A program made the translations under genes and the position numbers. Shown in pieces: positions 1 through 9,585 of a stretch of DNA of 64,000 nt (position 1 is the stretch's first letter; each line of letters begins with the position of its first letter). Location of the stretch: the NCBI GenBank assembly GCA_036653715.1, contig JAVVTL010000002.1, forward strand, positions 65 through 64,064, read 5' to 3'. Under the pieces are notes generated by a model. It saw only the letters and a list, made by a program, of their open reading frames with translations, had not been told where the DNA came from and made no database searches. The DNA is from Oscillospiraceae bacterium. GTDB lineage: Bacteria; Bacillota; Clostridia; Oscillospirales; Oscillospiraceae.

Positions 1-283
1 ATAGGATTATTTACATTCCCTTGCCGAGGCGCAAGTCCTCATGCTCGACGGCTTGGTAGCTTCATTATGCATGGTGCGCTCAAAGCTTCGCACACTCACG
101 GACGCCACTAATCGACGCCCTGTTCCGGCTCGTGGCCCTTCCGGACAGAACGCTCACTGCTTACGCAGCGAGAAGAACAGTATTGTTATCGTTCTTTAAT
201 TTATAGGTGCCCATTTTAAGGATGGTAGGCGCATCCGCCCGCTATTCCGAATTCGGTGTCCCCGTCGAAACCGGTACGGCCCC
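1..283 (-). ncRNA. ssrA: tmRNA (SsrA), 5' portion; the 3' end lies beyond the window edge
   Basis: Reverse complement of 260-283 reads GGGGCCGTACCGGTTTCGACGGGG, the canonical tmRNA 5' acceptor/TLD start. An in-frame tag ORF on the - strand ends AAC GAT AAC AAT ACT GTT CTT CTC GCT GCG TAA (..NDNNTVLLAA*) at 161-193. smpB is on the same strand just upstream. Confidence 0.8.
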
Positions 284-320
284 ATGGGGAGCGCCCGCAG
301 GGCGGGCGCTGCTATAGAGG

Positions 321-839
321 TTAAGCCTTTTTGGGCTCGGGATAAACAGTGTCAAAGGTCTCTGCCGTGACGCTCGCCATGACGGGGGGGACGAGGGGAC
401 GGTCGTTATAGTCCCGCGCGGCGTTGGCTATGCGGTCAACTACATCGAGACCCTCGGTGACCTTGCCGAAGGCGGCATATTGGCCGTCAAGGTGGTGGGC
501 ATCGGCGTGCATGATGAAAAATTGGCTTCCGGCGGAGTCGGGCTTGTTGGCGCGCGCCATGGAGAGCACGCCGCGCGAATGCTTGAGGTTGTTTTTCACG
601 CCGTTTGCGGTGAATTCGCCCTTGATGGAGTAGCCGGGGCCGCCCATGCCGCTGCCTTGGGGGTCTCCGCCCTGAATCATGAAGCCGGGGATGACGCGGT
701 GAAAAATGATGCCGTTATAGAAGCCCTTGTTGACGAGGCTCAGAAAGTTATTGACGGAGTTCGGCGCTATCTCCGGGTAAAGCTCGGCTTTGATGACGCC
801 GCCGTCCTGCATGGTTATTGTGACTATTGGATTTGCCAT
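321..839 (-). CDS. ppiB: peptidyl-prolyl cis-trans isomerase, cyclophilin type
   Basis: 172-aa ORF with cyclophilin motifs (FHRVIPGFMIQGGDP, GVLSMA, SQFFI). Its start overlaps the smpB stop by 1 nt. Confidence 0.9.
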   Translation of the reverse strand: MANPIVTITMQDGGVIKAELYPEIAPNSVNNFLSLVNKGFYNGIIFHRVIPGFMIQGGDPQGSGMGGPGYSIKGEFTANGVKNNLKHSRGVLSMARANKPDSAGSQFFIMHADAHHLDGQYAAFGKVTEGLDVVDRIANAARDYNDRPLVPPVMASVTAETFDTVYPEPKKA

Positions 840-1309
840 TAATTGTTCCTCTCCTTCAGCATTCTGTCCATGTCTCGCTTTGAATCACGTTCGGATTCCG
901 ACTCACGCTTATCGTGGAGCTTCTTGCCCTTGCACAGCCCAAGCTCGACCTTTACGCGGCCGTCTTTGAAGTAGATGGCTATGGGGATGAGGGTCAGGCC
1001 GTCCTGCATTACGCGGGCATTCAGCTTGATAATCTCGTGCCTGTGCATAAGAAGTCTGCGGGGCCTCAGAGGGTCGCGGTTAAAGATATTCCCCTTTTCG
1101 TAGGGGCTTATGTGCATACCGCGGACGAAAAGCTCACCGTCCTTGACATAGCAGAAGGAATCCTTGAGGTTTACCTCTCCGGCTCTGATGGATTTTACCT
1201 CGGTGCCGAAAAGTTCGATGCCGGCCTCGAAGCGTTCCAGAACAAAGTACTCGTGGAAAGCCTTTCGGTTCTGCGCTATTTGCTTTATTCCCTGCGCTTT
1301 TGGCGACAA
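839..1309 (-). CDS. smpB: SsrA-binding protein SmpB
   Basis: 156-aa ORF with an SmpB-like core ([18 protein letters not shown]) and a basic C-terminal tail. It is linked to ssrA. Confidence 0.93.
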   Translation of the reverse strand: MSPKAQGIKQIAQNRKAFHEYFVLERFEAGIELFGTEVKSIRAGEVNLKDSFCYVKDGELFVRGMHISPYEKGNIFNRDPLRPRRLLMHRHEIIKLNARVMQDGLTLIPIAIYFKDGRVKVELGLCKGKKLHDKRESESERDSKRDMDRMLKERNN

Positions 1310-1376
1310 CGTTCATACCTCCCGTGGCGATATGCTGTCATTTTACCACAGGTGTCAAGAGAAATAAAGCACTAAA

Positions 1377-1628
1377 CTACTCGAAGTTAAAAAATTGCAG
1401 CGCCCAATCCGCGACTGTAACGCTGATGTCCGAAACGGGGCGGGCCACAATCAGCGTCTCGCCCTCGGCGGGGAAAAGGTCAAGCTCCATGCGCGGCCAA
1501 AGCTTCAGCCCGCGCCGGGTGAGAGCCGAGCGCACCAATTCCGCCGCATCTCCGGGTGAGTCGGGTCGCTCCCGTATGTAAAGCGCGACGCAGTCTGCAC
1601 TCACCGTCTGAAATTCCAAAGGAATCAC
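1377..1628 (-). CDS. small hypothetical protein (83 aa), function unknown
   Basis: Stand-alone ORF in the gap between smpB and nudF, with normal codon composition. I do not recognise a family with confidence; it has a vague MecA-C-terminal-like feel only. Confidence 0.45.
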   Translation of the reverse strand: MIPLEFQTVSADCVALYIRERPDSPGDAAELVRSALTRRGLKLWPRMELDLFPAEGETLIVARPVSDISVTVADWALQFFNFE

Positions 1629-1744
1629 CTCCCGATAATGCTCTGATTGTCGCTCGTAATTATTTCGCAGTCAAGGCAAAAATACTGGTAAAGCGATTCA
1701 ATATATGGTAAAATACCTTTGAATAAGCTGCGGAGGCATACAAT

Positions 1745-2284
1745 ATGGCATATTTTGAAAAACGCGTGGACGGCGAAACCGTCTATGAGGGCATAATAGT
1801 CCGCGTCCGTCGTGACAGGGCCGAGCTATGCAACGGCAAGACGGTCGGCAGGGAGGTCGTGGAGCATCCCGGCGGCGTCACCATCCTGCCCGTGGAGGAG
1901 GACGGCACGGTCTGGTGCGTGCGCCAATTCCGCTATCCCTTCGGCAGGGAGATGCTTGAGGCACCCGCCGGAAAGCTTGACGCGGGAGAGGCTCCGCGGG
2001 ACTGCGCCGTCCGTGAGCTGTCGGAGGAAACCGGCCTTCGGGCGGACAGCCTCATCTATCTCGGCGCCTGCTGCACCTCGCCCGGATTTTCCACGGAGGT
2101 TCTGCACATATACCTCGCGCTCGGCCTGCACCGCGGCGAGATGCACCTCGACGAAAACGAATTCCTCAACATCGAAAAGCACAAGCTCTCCGAGCTTTCG
2201 GACATGATAATGCGCGGCGAGCTTGACGACGCCAAGACCGTTATAGCCGTGCTGAAGGCAAAAATATACCTGGAGGCGAAATAA
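1745..2284 (+). CDS. nudF: NUDIX hydrolase (ADP-ribose pyrophosphatase-like)
   Basis: 179-aa ORF containing a Nudix box, GKLDAGEAPRDCAVRELSEETG. Confidence 0.8.
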   Translation: MAYFEKRVDGETVYEGIIVRVRRDRAELCNGKTVGREVVEHPGGVTILPVEEDGTVWCVRQFRYPFGREMLEAPAGKLDAGEAPRDCAVRELSEETGLRADSLIYLGACCTSPGFSTEVLHIYLALGLHRGEMHLDENEFLNIEKHKLSELSDMIMRGELDDAKTVIAVLKAKIYLEAK

Positions 2285-2982
2285 TGGGACGCAAGATACT
2301 CATTGTGGACGATGAGCATTCCATAGTAGACATACTGCGCTACAACCTCGAAAAGAACGGCTTCGAGGCAGTCTGCGCCTATGACGGCACGGAGGGGCTG
2401 CGCCTCGCGAGAGAGGCGGACCCCGACCTCATACTTTTAGACGTGATGCTGCCGGGGCTGGATGGCTTCGAGGTCTGCCGCGCTCTGCGCGAGGACGGCA
2501 ACAACGTCCCCATAATCATGATAACCGCCCGCGAGGAGGAGACGGACAAGGTCTTCGGCCTCGAGCTTGGGGCGGACGACTACATCACCAAGCCCTTCTC
2601 CATGCGCGAGGTCGTGGCGAGAGTCCGCACCAACATGCGCCGCGTCGCCTCCATGGCGCCGCCGACACAGGAGGAGACGGGGGATTTGCTCAGGGCGAAG
2701 GACCTCATTATCGACCGCGACCGCCACGCCGTCTACAAAAACGGCGCGGAGCTGGAGCTTACGCAGCGCGAATATGAGCTTATCCGTTTCCTTGCGGAAA
2801 ACCCCGGCAAGGTCGTCTCACGCGAGGAGCTGATGACGAGGGTCTGGCAATACGACTACTTCGGCGACCTGCGCGCCGTCGATGTCGCCGTGCGCCGCCT
2901 GCGCGAAAAGCTCGAGGAAAACCCCTCCGAGCCGGTATACGTCATAACAAAGCGCGGCGCGGGCTATTATTTCGACGCCTGA
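2284..2982 (+). CDS. walR: OmpR/PhoB-family response regulator (WalR/YycF-like)
   Basis: Receiver domain (ILIVDDE, DLILLDVMLPGLDG) plus a winged-helix C-terminus (LTQREYELIRFL, GAGYYF). It is followed by a histidine kinase and by YycH/I/J-like genes. Confidence 0.85.
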   Translation: MGRKILIVDDEHSIVDILRYNLEKNGFEAVCAYDGTEGLRLAREADPDLILLDVMLPGLDGFEVCRALREDGNNVPIIMITAREEETDKVFGLELGADDYITKPFSMREVVARVRTNMRRVASMAPPTQEETGDLLRAKDLIIDRDRHAVYKNGAELELTQREYELIRFLAENPGKVVSREELMTRVWQYDYFGDLRAVDVAVRRLREKLEENPSEPVYVITKRGAGYYFDA

Positions 2983-2991
2983 GGTAGATAA

Positions 2992-4434
2992 ATGAACCGC
3001 AGCCTTTACACAAAGCTCGTTCTCATAATACTTGTCATCATCATCTCTCTCATGGCCGTGACGGGGGTGTTCCTTCTGCGCGGCGTGAGAGGCTTCTACA
3101 TCAACGAATTTTACTCCCAAATGCAGGAGGTTTTCTCAAGACGCGAGCTGGCGGATGATTTGCGCTCGGCGGCGAATCAGAGCGAGGGCGCTCAAAAGCT
3201 GGCGGACACCATCCACGCGTATTTCGGCAACCTTGGCATAGGCTCGGGCACACGCAACTACTACATTCTCACGGGTGATACCGGCGCTTTCATCACGGGC
3301 AGCGACTCGCCCGAGGCGGGCATCCCCATGACTCCGAACATAATCACCGCCATAGGCGGCGGCTCCGGCTATGTCAGCGATCCCGGCGCGGACTACATGG
3401 ACGTGGCGCTGCCCGTCGAGGGCGAATCCGGCAGCTACATCATCTACATCAAGGACAACAAAAACACGATGCAGAGCCTGAACGACCAGCTCCTGCGCAT
3501 AATCCTTGAAGCGCTCGCCGTGGGACTTGTCATCTCCGTGCTTCTCAGCCTTGTTCTTGCCAAAACCATGATAGCTCCCATACAGGACCTCACCATGGCG
3601 GCGGAGCGCGTTGCGGGAGGCGATTTTTCGGACAAGCTCGAAAACACCTCAAAGGACGAGATAGGCGTCCTGACCCGAACCTTCAACGACATGGCGGGTC
3701 AGCTTGAGGACACGCTCGGCGACCTCAAAAAATCCGAGCAGACGCGGCGCGAGTTCGTCGCGAACGTCTCGCACGAGCTGCGCACGCCCATCACCAGCAT
3801 CCGCAGCTATGCCGAGACCCTTGAGGAGGACCCGCAGATGCCCACCGCCACGCGCAACAGATTCCTTGAGGTCATCCTCAACGAATCCGACCGCATGACA
3901 AAAATTGTCCAGGACCTGCTCACCCTCTCGCGCTTCGACGCGGGCAGCATAGAATTCACCTTCGAGCAATTCAGCTTCGAGAAATCCGTGCGGGACGTAT
4001 ACAGCGCCATGATTATGGAAGCTCAGGCGCACAACCACGACTTCGCCTTGGAATTTTCAACGCCTCTGCCGCGCATTCGCGGCGACAGGGCGCGTCTTGA
4101 GCAGGTGCTCATCAATATGGTCTCGAACGCCGTGAAATACACAAAGGACGGCGGCAAAATCCGCATATCTGCCGGCGCGAAGGGCGGAGAGGTCTGGTGC
4201 TCCGTCAAGGACAACGGCATAGGCATACCCAAGGAGGACCTCGGCAAGGTCTTCGACCGCTTCTACCGCGTGGATAAGGCGCGCAGCCGCGAGTCCGGCG
4301 GCACGGGGCTTGGCCTTCCCATAGCGAGCGAGATTGTCTCCCGCCACGGCGGAAAAATCGACCTACAGAGCCGAGAAGGGAAGGGCACCACCCTGACCAT
4401 CACCCTGCCGACGGAGGGCCCCGCCGATGAATAG
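2992..4434 (+). CDS. walK: sensor histidine kinase (WalK/YycG-like)
   Basis: N-terminal TM segment, a second TM plus HAMP, H-box SHELRTPITSI, N-box NAVKYT, and G-boxes DNGIGI and GGTGLGL. Confidence 0.85.
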   Translation: MNRSLYTKLVLIILVIIISLMAVTGVFLLRGVRGFYINEFYSQMQEVFSRRELADDLRSAANQSEGAQKLADTIHAYFGNLGIGSGTRNYYILTGDTGAFITGSDSPEAGIPMTPNIITAIGGGSGYVSDPGADYMDVALPVEGESGSYIIYIKDNKNTMQSLNDQLLRIILEALAVGLVISVLLSLVLAKTMIAPIQDLTMAAERVAGGDFSDKLENTSKDEIGVLTRTFNDMAGQLEDTLGDLKKSEQTRREFVANVSHELRTPITSIRSYAETLEEDPQMPTATRNRFLEVILNESDRMTKIVQDLLTLSRFDAGSIEFTFEQFSFEKSVRDVYSAMIMEAQAHNHDFALEFSTPLPRIRGDRARLEQVLINMVSNAVKYTKDGGKIRISAGAKGGEVWCSVKDNGIGIPKEDLGKVFDRFYRVDKARSRESGGTGLGLPIASEIVSRHGGKIDLQSREGKGTTLTITLPTEGPADE

Positions 4435-5728
4435 ACCCTCCTTCCGCTTTAAGCTCCCGAGCCTCGGCAGCAAAAAAGAGGCAATAGAGACAGGCAAGAC
4501 CCTGCTTATAATCCTTCTGCTTATCTCGGCGCTGCTTCTCTGCGCGGCGACGGGCGTCTTTGAGAGCATCGGCGGCGTCGGCGGCGCTTTTGTGGACAAG
4601 GTCGTCGGCGGAGCGCAGGAGAGCGGGGGCTATACAGCCGCCGCCGTCCCGTTCTACGTCGTTGTCACGCCGGGAAAATCCGCGCACTGCGCCGTCCTCT
4701 ACGACGACGAGGCGACGGCTGCCGCCTATGAGCGCTTTTCCCCGAGCCTCGGCGAGGCGCTCGGCTCCTCACTCAGACCCAAGAAGGTCGCGCAGGAGGA
4801 ATGGGAAGCCGCGCTTGCCGGCGAGGGCGTGTATTTCGACTACATTAACGACCAGCTCATGTCGGTGCTTGCCGGCTGGCTCGGCACAAGCGTCTCCGGA
4901 GAAGCGGGCCTTCACACGGCAAGACGCATCTGCCTCTCCAAGAGCGGCGACGGAGTCGCCCTCTACTACTACCGCGTGCGCGCCGATTCGGGCCCCTACC
5001 GCTGCGAGACAAAGCTGAATTGGACGGATATATCAGCGCGGGTCGGGGAATATCTCCCCAACGGCGCCCGCTACAACTTCGAGCTTGAGGAGAGCTTCCC
5101 CTCGGTGGACGATTGCGCGATAATCATGCCCACGCAGCCGCGCATCCCCTCCGTTACGGCGCTTGATTCCCTCCAAACCTCCGCACAGAGCAGCACCCTG
5201 CTTGCCGCCTTCGGCATGAACGACGTTCTCGCCACAAGCTACAGGGAGGGCGACGGCGCCCTCGTTTGGGTGGAGGGCGATGCGACGCTGCGCCTTTCCG
5301 CCGGCGGCACAGTCGTGTACGGCGGCGCGGGGGAGCACGGGCAGGCCCTGTCTCCGGCCGAGGCGGTGGAGAGGGTCAGGGCGCTCTGCGCCTCCACAAT
5401 CGGCAAATACTGCGGCGAGGCGTCAATTTATCTCTCGTCCATCTCCCACAGCAACGAGACGGACACCTATACAATGTGCTTCGACTACTCCGTAAACGGC
5501 CTGCCGGTCATGCTTCCGAGCGGCTCTGCCGCCGAAATTACCGTGACGGGACAGGCGGTGACCGCCGCGACCATGCGCTTTCGCAGCTACAGCTCCGCGG
5601 ATATTCCCGAAAAGCCCCTGCCCTCGCTCCAGGCGGCGGCTGTTGTTGAGGCAAAGGGCGGCGGCGAGCCCATGCTCTGCTACATGGACAACGCGGACGG
5701 CGTCACGGCCTCGTGGGTGAGAAAATAA
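4427..5728 (+). CDS. membrane-anchored YycH-like regulatory protein (putative)
   Basis: 433 aa with a single N-terminal TM. The start overlaps the walK stop. Position and size match YycH of wal operons; there is no sequence-level confirmation. Confidence 0.5.
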   Translation: MNRPSFRFKLPSLGSKKEAIETGKTLLIILLLISALLLCAATGVFESIGGVGGAFVDKVVGGAQESGGYTAAAVPFYVVVTPGKSAHCAVLYDDEATAAAYERFSPSLGEALGSSLRPKKVAQEEWEAALAGEGVYFDYINDQLMSVLAGWLGTSVSGEAGLHTARRICLSKSGDGVALYYYRVRADSGPYRCETKLNWTDISARVGEYLPNGARYNFELEESFPSVDDCAIIMPTQPRIPSVTALDSLQTSAQSSTLLAAFGMNDVLATSYREGDGALVWVEGDATLRLSAGGTVVYGGAGEHGQALSPAEAVERVRALCASTIGKYCGEASIYLSSISHSNETDTYTMCFDYSVNGLPVMLPSGSAAEITVTGQAVTAATMRFRSYSSADIPEKPLPSLQAAAVVEAKGGGEPMLCYMDNADGVTASWVRK

Positions 5729-5729
5729 T

Positions 5730-6563
5730 ATGGATTCTTCAAAAATAAAAAACTTCATAATAGTCGTGCTCGTCATCGTGAACATCCTGCTGCTTGCCGT
5801 CGTCGGGGTTGACGGCGCGAGGGCGCGTGCTGCGGAACGCCGCGCGATGGACGGGGTTTCCGATATTTTCGCGGCGCAGGGAATAGCCCTTTCCCCCAAC
5901 CTTAAAACAAAAAACACAAACCTGCCCGTGCGCTCCGTCTCGCGCGCAGCCGATGGGGAAAAAAGGCGCGTCGCCTCGCTCCTTGGCGACGTGACGGTTC
6001 AGGACCAGGGCGGCAGCATATTATTCTACAGCGGCGAAAAGGGTCAGGCAGTCTTTCGCGGCACCGGCGGCTTTGAGATTTTAATGAACGACGGCGCGAT
6101 ACCCACGGGACGCGACGCCGAAAATACGGCGAGAGCTTTCCTCAAAAAGCTCGGTGTATCCGCGGTCTCCGGCCACGGCAGCGCAATATCGGACGTTGAG
6201 GACGGCTCCGGCACGGTTGTGCTCCGCTGTCGCTCGGGGAAGACCGAGGTCGTGGGCTGCAAGGTGACCTTCACCTTCACAAACGGCAGTCTGCTGCTTG
6301 TAATCGGCTCGCGTCCGCTTGAGGTCGTCTCCACCGACCGCTCGGGCGAGGCGCTCGATGTCCCGACGGTTCTGCTGCGATTTTTAAACATTGTCTCTGA
6401 GGGCGGCCACATATGCAGCGAGCTTCGAAATTTAGAGCCCTGCTATATGCAATCCACCTCCGCCTCCGGCACAGGCTTTCTCACGCCCGTATGGCGCGTG
6501 ACGACGGACGCGGGCGAGTTCTACATCAACGGTCTGACGGGCAAGCAGGAGCTGCCGACATAA
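5730..6563 (+). CDS. membrane-anchored YycI-like regulatory protein (putative)
   Basis: 277 aa. The N-terminus MDSSKIKNFIIVVLVIVNILLL resembles the YycI N-terminal TM, and the position is right after the YycH-like gene. Confidence 0.5.
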   Translation: MDSSKIKNFIIVVLVIVNILLLAVVGVDGARARAAERRAMDGVSDIFAAQGIALSPNLKTKNTNLPVRSVSRAADGEKRRVASLLGDVTVQDQGGSILFYSGEKGQAVFRGTGGFEILMNDGAIPTGRDAENTARAFLKKLGVSAVSGHGSAISDVEDGSGTVVLRCRSGKTEVVGCKVTFTFTNGSLLLVIGSRPLEVVSTDRSGEALDVPTVLLRFLNIVSEGGHICSELRNLEPCYMQSTSASGTGFLTPVWRVTTDAGEFYINGLTGKQELPT

Positions 6564-6687
6564 ATTTGATTTGGTTGATTTACTGGTATAACTGTGTTAA
6601 AATACTTTTTTAGTGTGGCCCCGCGCGGGACACAATATGAATACCGATAACAAAAAAACACGACGCTCCTACGGAAGGTGTGAGTCT

Positions 6688-7992
6688 TTGGAAAAATATA
6701 TCATTCACGGCGGGCATCCGCTATACGGCGAGGTAGAGGTCAGCGGCGCAAAAAATGCGGCGGTGGCCATCATACCCGCAACTCTCTTGGTGGACGGTGT
6801 CTGCCGACTTGAGAATATCCCCCAGATAAGCGACGCGGACATGCTCATGACGATTCTTGAGCATCTTGGCGCCCACATCAAGCTTATAAACCGCAGCACC
6901 GTCGAAATCGACTGCACGCAGGTTCGCTACACCGATGCGCCCTATGACCTCATGCGCAAGATACGCGCCTCCTACTACCTCATCGGCGCTATGCTCGGTC
7001 GCTTCGGCACGGCAAAAACAACCATGCCCGGCGGCTGCAACTTCGGCGTGCGCCCTATTGACCAGCACATCAAGGGCATGGCGGCGCTCGGCGCGAATGT
7101 CGAGGTCGCGGGCGGCTTTGTCCTTGCCGAGGCGGCGGACGGCAAGCTCCACGGCACCAGAATATACCTCGACAAGGTCTCCGTCGGAGCCACCATGAAC
7201 ATCATCCTCGCGGCCTCCATGGCAAGAGGGCGAACAGTCATCGAAAACTCGGCGAAGGAGCCGCATATCGTTGACCTCGCAAACTTCTTAAACTCTATGG
7301 GCGCCGATGTGCGCGGAGCCGGCACCGATTCCGTCAAGGTAAACGGCACGGATAAGCTCCACGGCGGCACCTACACCATAATCCCCGACCAAATTGAGGC
7401 CGGCACCTATATGGTCGCCTGCGCCGCCGCCGGCGGAGAGGTCAGAGTCACAAACGTCATCCCGAGACACCTTGAGTCCATCACCGCCAAACTGCGGGAG
7501 ATGGGCGTCACCGTTGTCGAGGGAGAGGACTCCGTCCTTGTCAAGAGCAGCGGCAGACTTCGCCGCGCCAACATCAAAACCATGCCGTATCCCGGCTTCC
7601 CAACTGACATGCAGCCGCAGATAGCCACGGCGCTCGCGCTCGCCGGCGGCACCAGCGTCGTCACCGAGGGAATTTACGACAACCGATACAAATATGTGAA
7701 CGAGCTTCGGAAAATGGGCGCTCAGATTCAGGTTGACGGGCGCACGGCTGTCATAGAGGGCGTCGAAAAGCTCAGCGGCGCGCCGGTGGCGGCATGCGAC
7801 CTTCGCGCAGGCGCTGCAATGGTCATCGCCGGACTCTGCGCCGAGGGCGAAACCCAAATCGAGGAAGTTCACTATATCGAGCGCGGCTACGAGAATTTCG
7901 TGGGAAAGCTGCGCAACCTCGGCGCCGATATAGTCCTTGTGGACGACCCCGAGGAGCCGGAGCAGGCGGGCAGAGGAATAAACGTCGGATGA
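6688..7992 (+). CDS. murA: UDP-N-acetylglucosamine 1-carboxyvinyltransferase (MurA paralog 1)
   Basis: EPSP-synthase/MurA fold with GAKNAA and the catalytic Cys loop PGGCNFGVRPIDQH. I place the start at TTG 6688, 7 nt after the RBS GGAAGGTG, giving the typical (M)EKYIIHGG N-terminus. The track ORF starts at 6613. Confidence 0.9.
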   Translation: MEKYIIHGGHPLYGEVEVSGAKNAAVAIIPATLLVDGVCRLENIPQISDADMLMTILEHLGAHIKLINRSTVEIDCTQVRYTDAPYDLMRKIRASYYLIGAMLGRFGTAKTTMPGGCNFGVRPIDQHIKGMAALGANVEVAGGFVLAEAADGKLHGTRIYLDKVSVGATMNIILAASMARGRTVIENSAKEPHIVDLANFLNSMGADVRGAGTDSVKVNGTDKLHGGTYTIIPDQIEAGTYMVACAAAGGEVRVTNVIPRHLESITAKLREMGVTVVEGEDSVLVKSSGRLRRANIKTMPYPGFPTDMQPQIATALALAGGTSVVTEGIYDNRYKYVNELRKMGAQIQVDGRTAVIEGVEKLSGAPVAACDLRAGAAMVIAGLCAEGETQIEEVHYIERGYENFVGKLRNLGADIVLVDDPEEPEQAGRGINVG

Positions 7993-8777
7993 TGCGTATA
8001 ACAACCCTCGCCAGCGGCTCGAGCGGCAATTGCGCCCTGATTTCCTCCGGGGATACCCACATCCTTGTCGACGCCGGAATATCCATGAGAAGAATCAAAA
8101 CCGGGCTTGCCGCCATGGGGCTTCAGCCTGAGCATCTTAGCGGAGTGTTCATAACCCACGAGCACTCCGACCATGTTTCGGGCCTTCCAATGCTCATAAA
8201 ACACCACGGCATCAAAATTTTCTCACCTCATACCGTCGCCTCCCGCCTGCGCGGGATGCTGCCGGACATCGACCCTTTTTTGGAGATAATACATATCGGA
8301 GAGCCTGTCTGCCTTGGCGATATGCGCGTGACGGCATTCCACACCCTGCACGATACGGACGAAAGCGTCGGCTACCGCATCGACGGCGAGGTATCGCTCG
8401 GCTTCTGCACCGACCTCGGTCGCGTGACGGACGAGGTTCGGGAGGCACTGCGGGGCGTCTGCGCGGCGGTTATCGAGTCAAACCACGACGAGAATATGCT
8501 GCGCGACGGGGGATATCCGATATACCTCAAGCGGCGCATACTCTCCGAGCGCGGCCATCTCTCCAACGAAAGCTGCGGTGAGCTGGCGGCGTTTTTGGCG
8601 GAAAACGGCGCGGAAACGCTGGTGCTGAGCCATCTGAGCCGCGAGAACAACACCCCTGCGCGCGCACTTGCGGGCGTCGGCTCGGCTCTGCTTCGCGCGG
8701 GACAGTCGGCGGAGCTGCTCATTGCGCCGCCGCTCGGCAACCTCACAGTGGAGGCGTGTGCGCCATGCTTGCTGTAA
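7989..8777 (+). CDS. yycJ: MBL-fold metallo-hydrolase (YycJ/WalJ-like)
   Basis: N-terminus MMRITTLASGSSGNCALI and an HEHSDH metal motif. ATG 7989 overlaps the murA stop. The upstream part of track ORF 7794.. is Arg-rich out-of-context sequence inside murA. Confidence 0.8.
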   Translation: MMRITTLASGSSGNCALISSGDTHILVDAGISMRRIKTGLAAMGLQPEHLSGVFITHEHSDHVSGLPMLIKHHGIKIFSPHTVASRLRGMLPDIDPFLEIIHIGEPVCLGDMRVTAFHTLHDTDESVGYRIDGEVSLGFCTDLGRVTDEVREALRGVCAAVIESNHDENMLRDGGYPIYLKRRILSERGHLSNESCGELAAFLAENGAETLVLSHLSRENNTPARALAGVGSALLRAGQSAELLIAPPLGNLTVEACAPCLL

Positions 8778-9247
8778 AGCTCATATTCGTCGGCAAAATG
8801 CGCGAGAAATATTTTTCCGACGCCTTTGCCGAGTATGAAAAGCGCCTCGGCGCATACTGCAAGCTTGAGATCTCGGAGATAGCCGAGATAAGACTTGCGG
8901 AGACGCCCTCGGAAAAAGAAATCAATTCCGCTCTCGCAAGGGAAGCGGCAGAGATAGAAAAACAGACGCCCAAGGGCGCCTACGTCGTCGCCATGTGCGT
9001 CGAGGGGAAAAAGCTCGGCAGCACGGAGCTTGCGGAGCTGATAGCCGCGAGAGCGGGGGCGGGGGTTTCAAAGCTCTGCTTCATCGTCGGCGGCTCCTTC
9101 GGCCTGCACGACAGCCTCAAAGGCATTGCCGATTTGCGGCTCTCCATGTCAGACATGACCTTTCCGCACCATTTGGCGCGCGTCATGCTCGCGGAGCAGC
9201 TCTACAGGGCGTTCTCGATAAACGAGGGCGCAAGATATCACAAATAA
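8765..9247 (+). CDS. rlmH: 23S rRNA (pseudouridine1915-N3)-methyltransferase RlmH
   Basis: SPOUT-type RlmH pattern (LIFVGKMRE, CFIVGGSFG, LSMSDMTFPHHLARVMLAEQLYRA). GGAGG lies 11 nt upstream of ATG 8765. Confidence 0.9.
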   Translation: MLAVKLIFVGKMREKYFSDAFAEYEKRLGAYCKLEISEIAEIRLAETPSEKEINSALAREAAEIEKQTPKGAYVVAMCVEGKKLGSTELAELIAARAGAGVSKLCFIVGGSFGLHDSLKGIADLRLSMSDMTFPHHLARVMLAEQLYRAFSINEGARYHK

Positions 9248-9249
9248 GG

Positions 9250-9585
9250 ATGGTTACAATTATGGACGAAGAAGCCAAGCTTTCATGGGGGAGGGACCTC
9301 CCGGGCGACCTCTCGCAGAAATGGCCGAGGGACGCCTCGGGTGAATTTATTCCCGCCGCGCTGCTCGCCACCAGCAGCCAAATCGACATGGGCGACGCCG
9401 TTCTCATAAGCATGCTCGAGTCCTTCGGTATCCCGTCCTTTCGCAAATTCCCGCATTGCGGCGGGTTTGGCAATCTCATGCTGGGCATGAGCGCGGAGGG
9501 CGTAGATGTCTTTGTGCCGGAGACATTGCTTGAGGACGCCAAGGCTCTTATGGAAGGAGTTCACGGGGAAGATGAAGACCTATAA
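9250..9585 (+). CDS. small DUF2007-like (putative signal-transducing) protein
   Basis: About 111 aa. The tail GVDVFVPETLLEDAKALME is typical of DUF2007-type proteins. The 3' end overlaps the pgcA start. Confidence 0.4.
   Translation: MVTIMDEEAKLSWGRDLPGDLSQKWPRDASGEFIPAALLATSSQIDMGDAVLISMLESFGIPSFRKFPHCGGFGNLMLGMSAEGVDVFVPETLLEDAKALMEGVHGEDEDL

Noticed and set aside
7794-7988. N-terminal extensions in the ORF track. This one belongs to yycJ. Similar cases are 6613, 22252, 23641, 25437, 27276, 27614, 41813, 43822, 47690, 51456, 61499-61687, 62965-63066 and 13400-13654.
   Set aside because: The extensions overlap the upstream gene or a regulatory RNA, are Arg/Pro-rich, and lack an RBS. An internal start with a Shine-Dalgarno sequence gives the canonical family N-terminus in each case.
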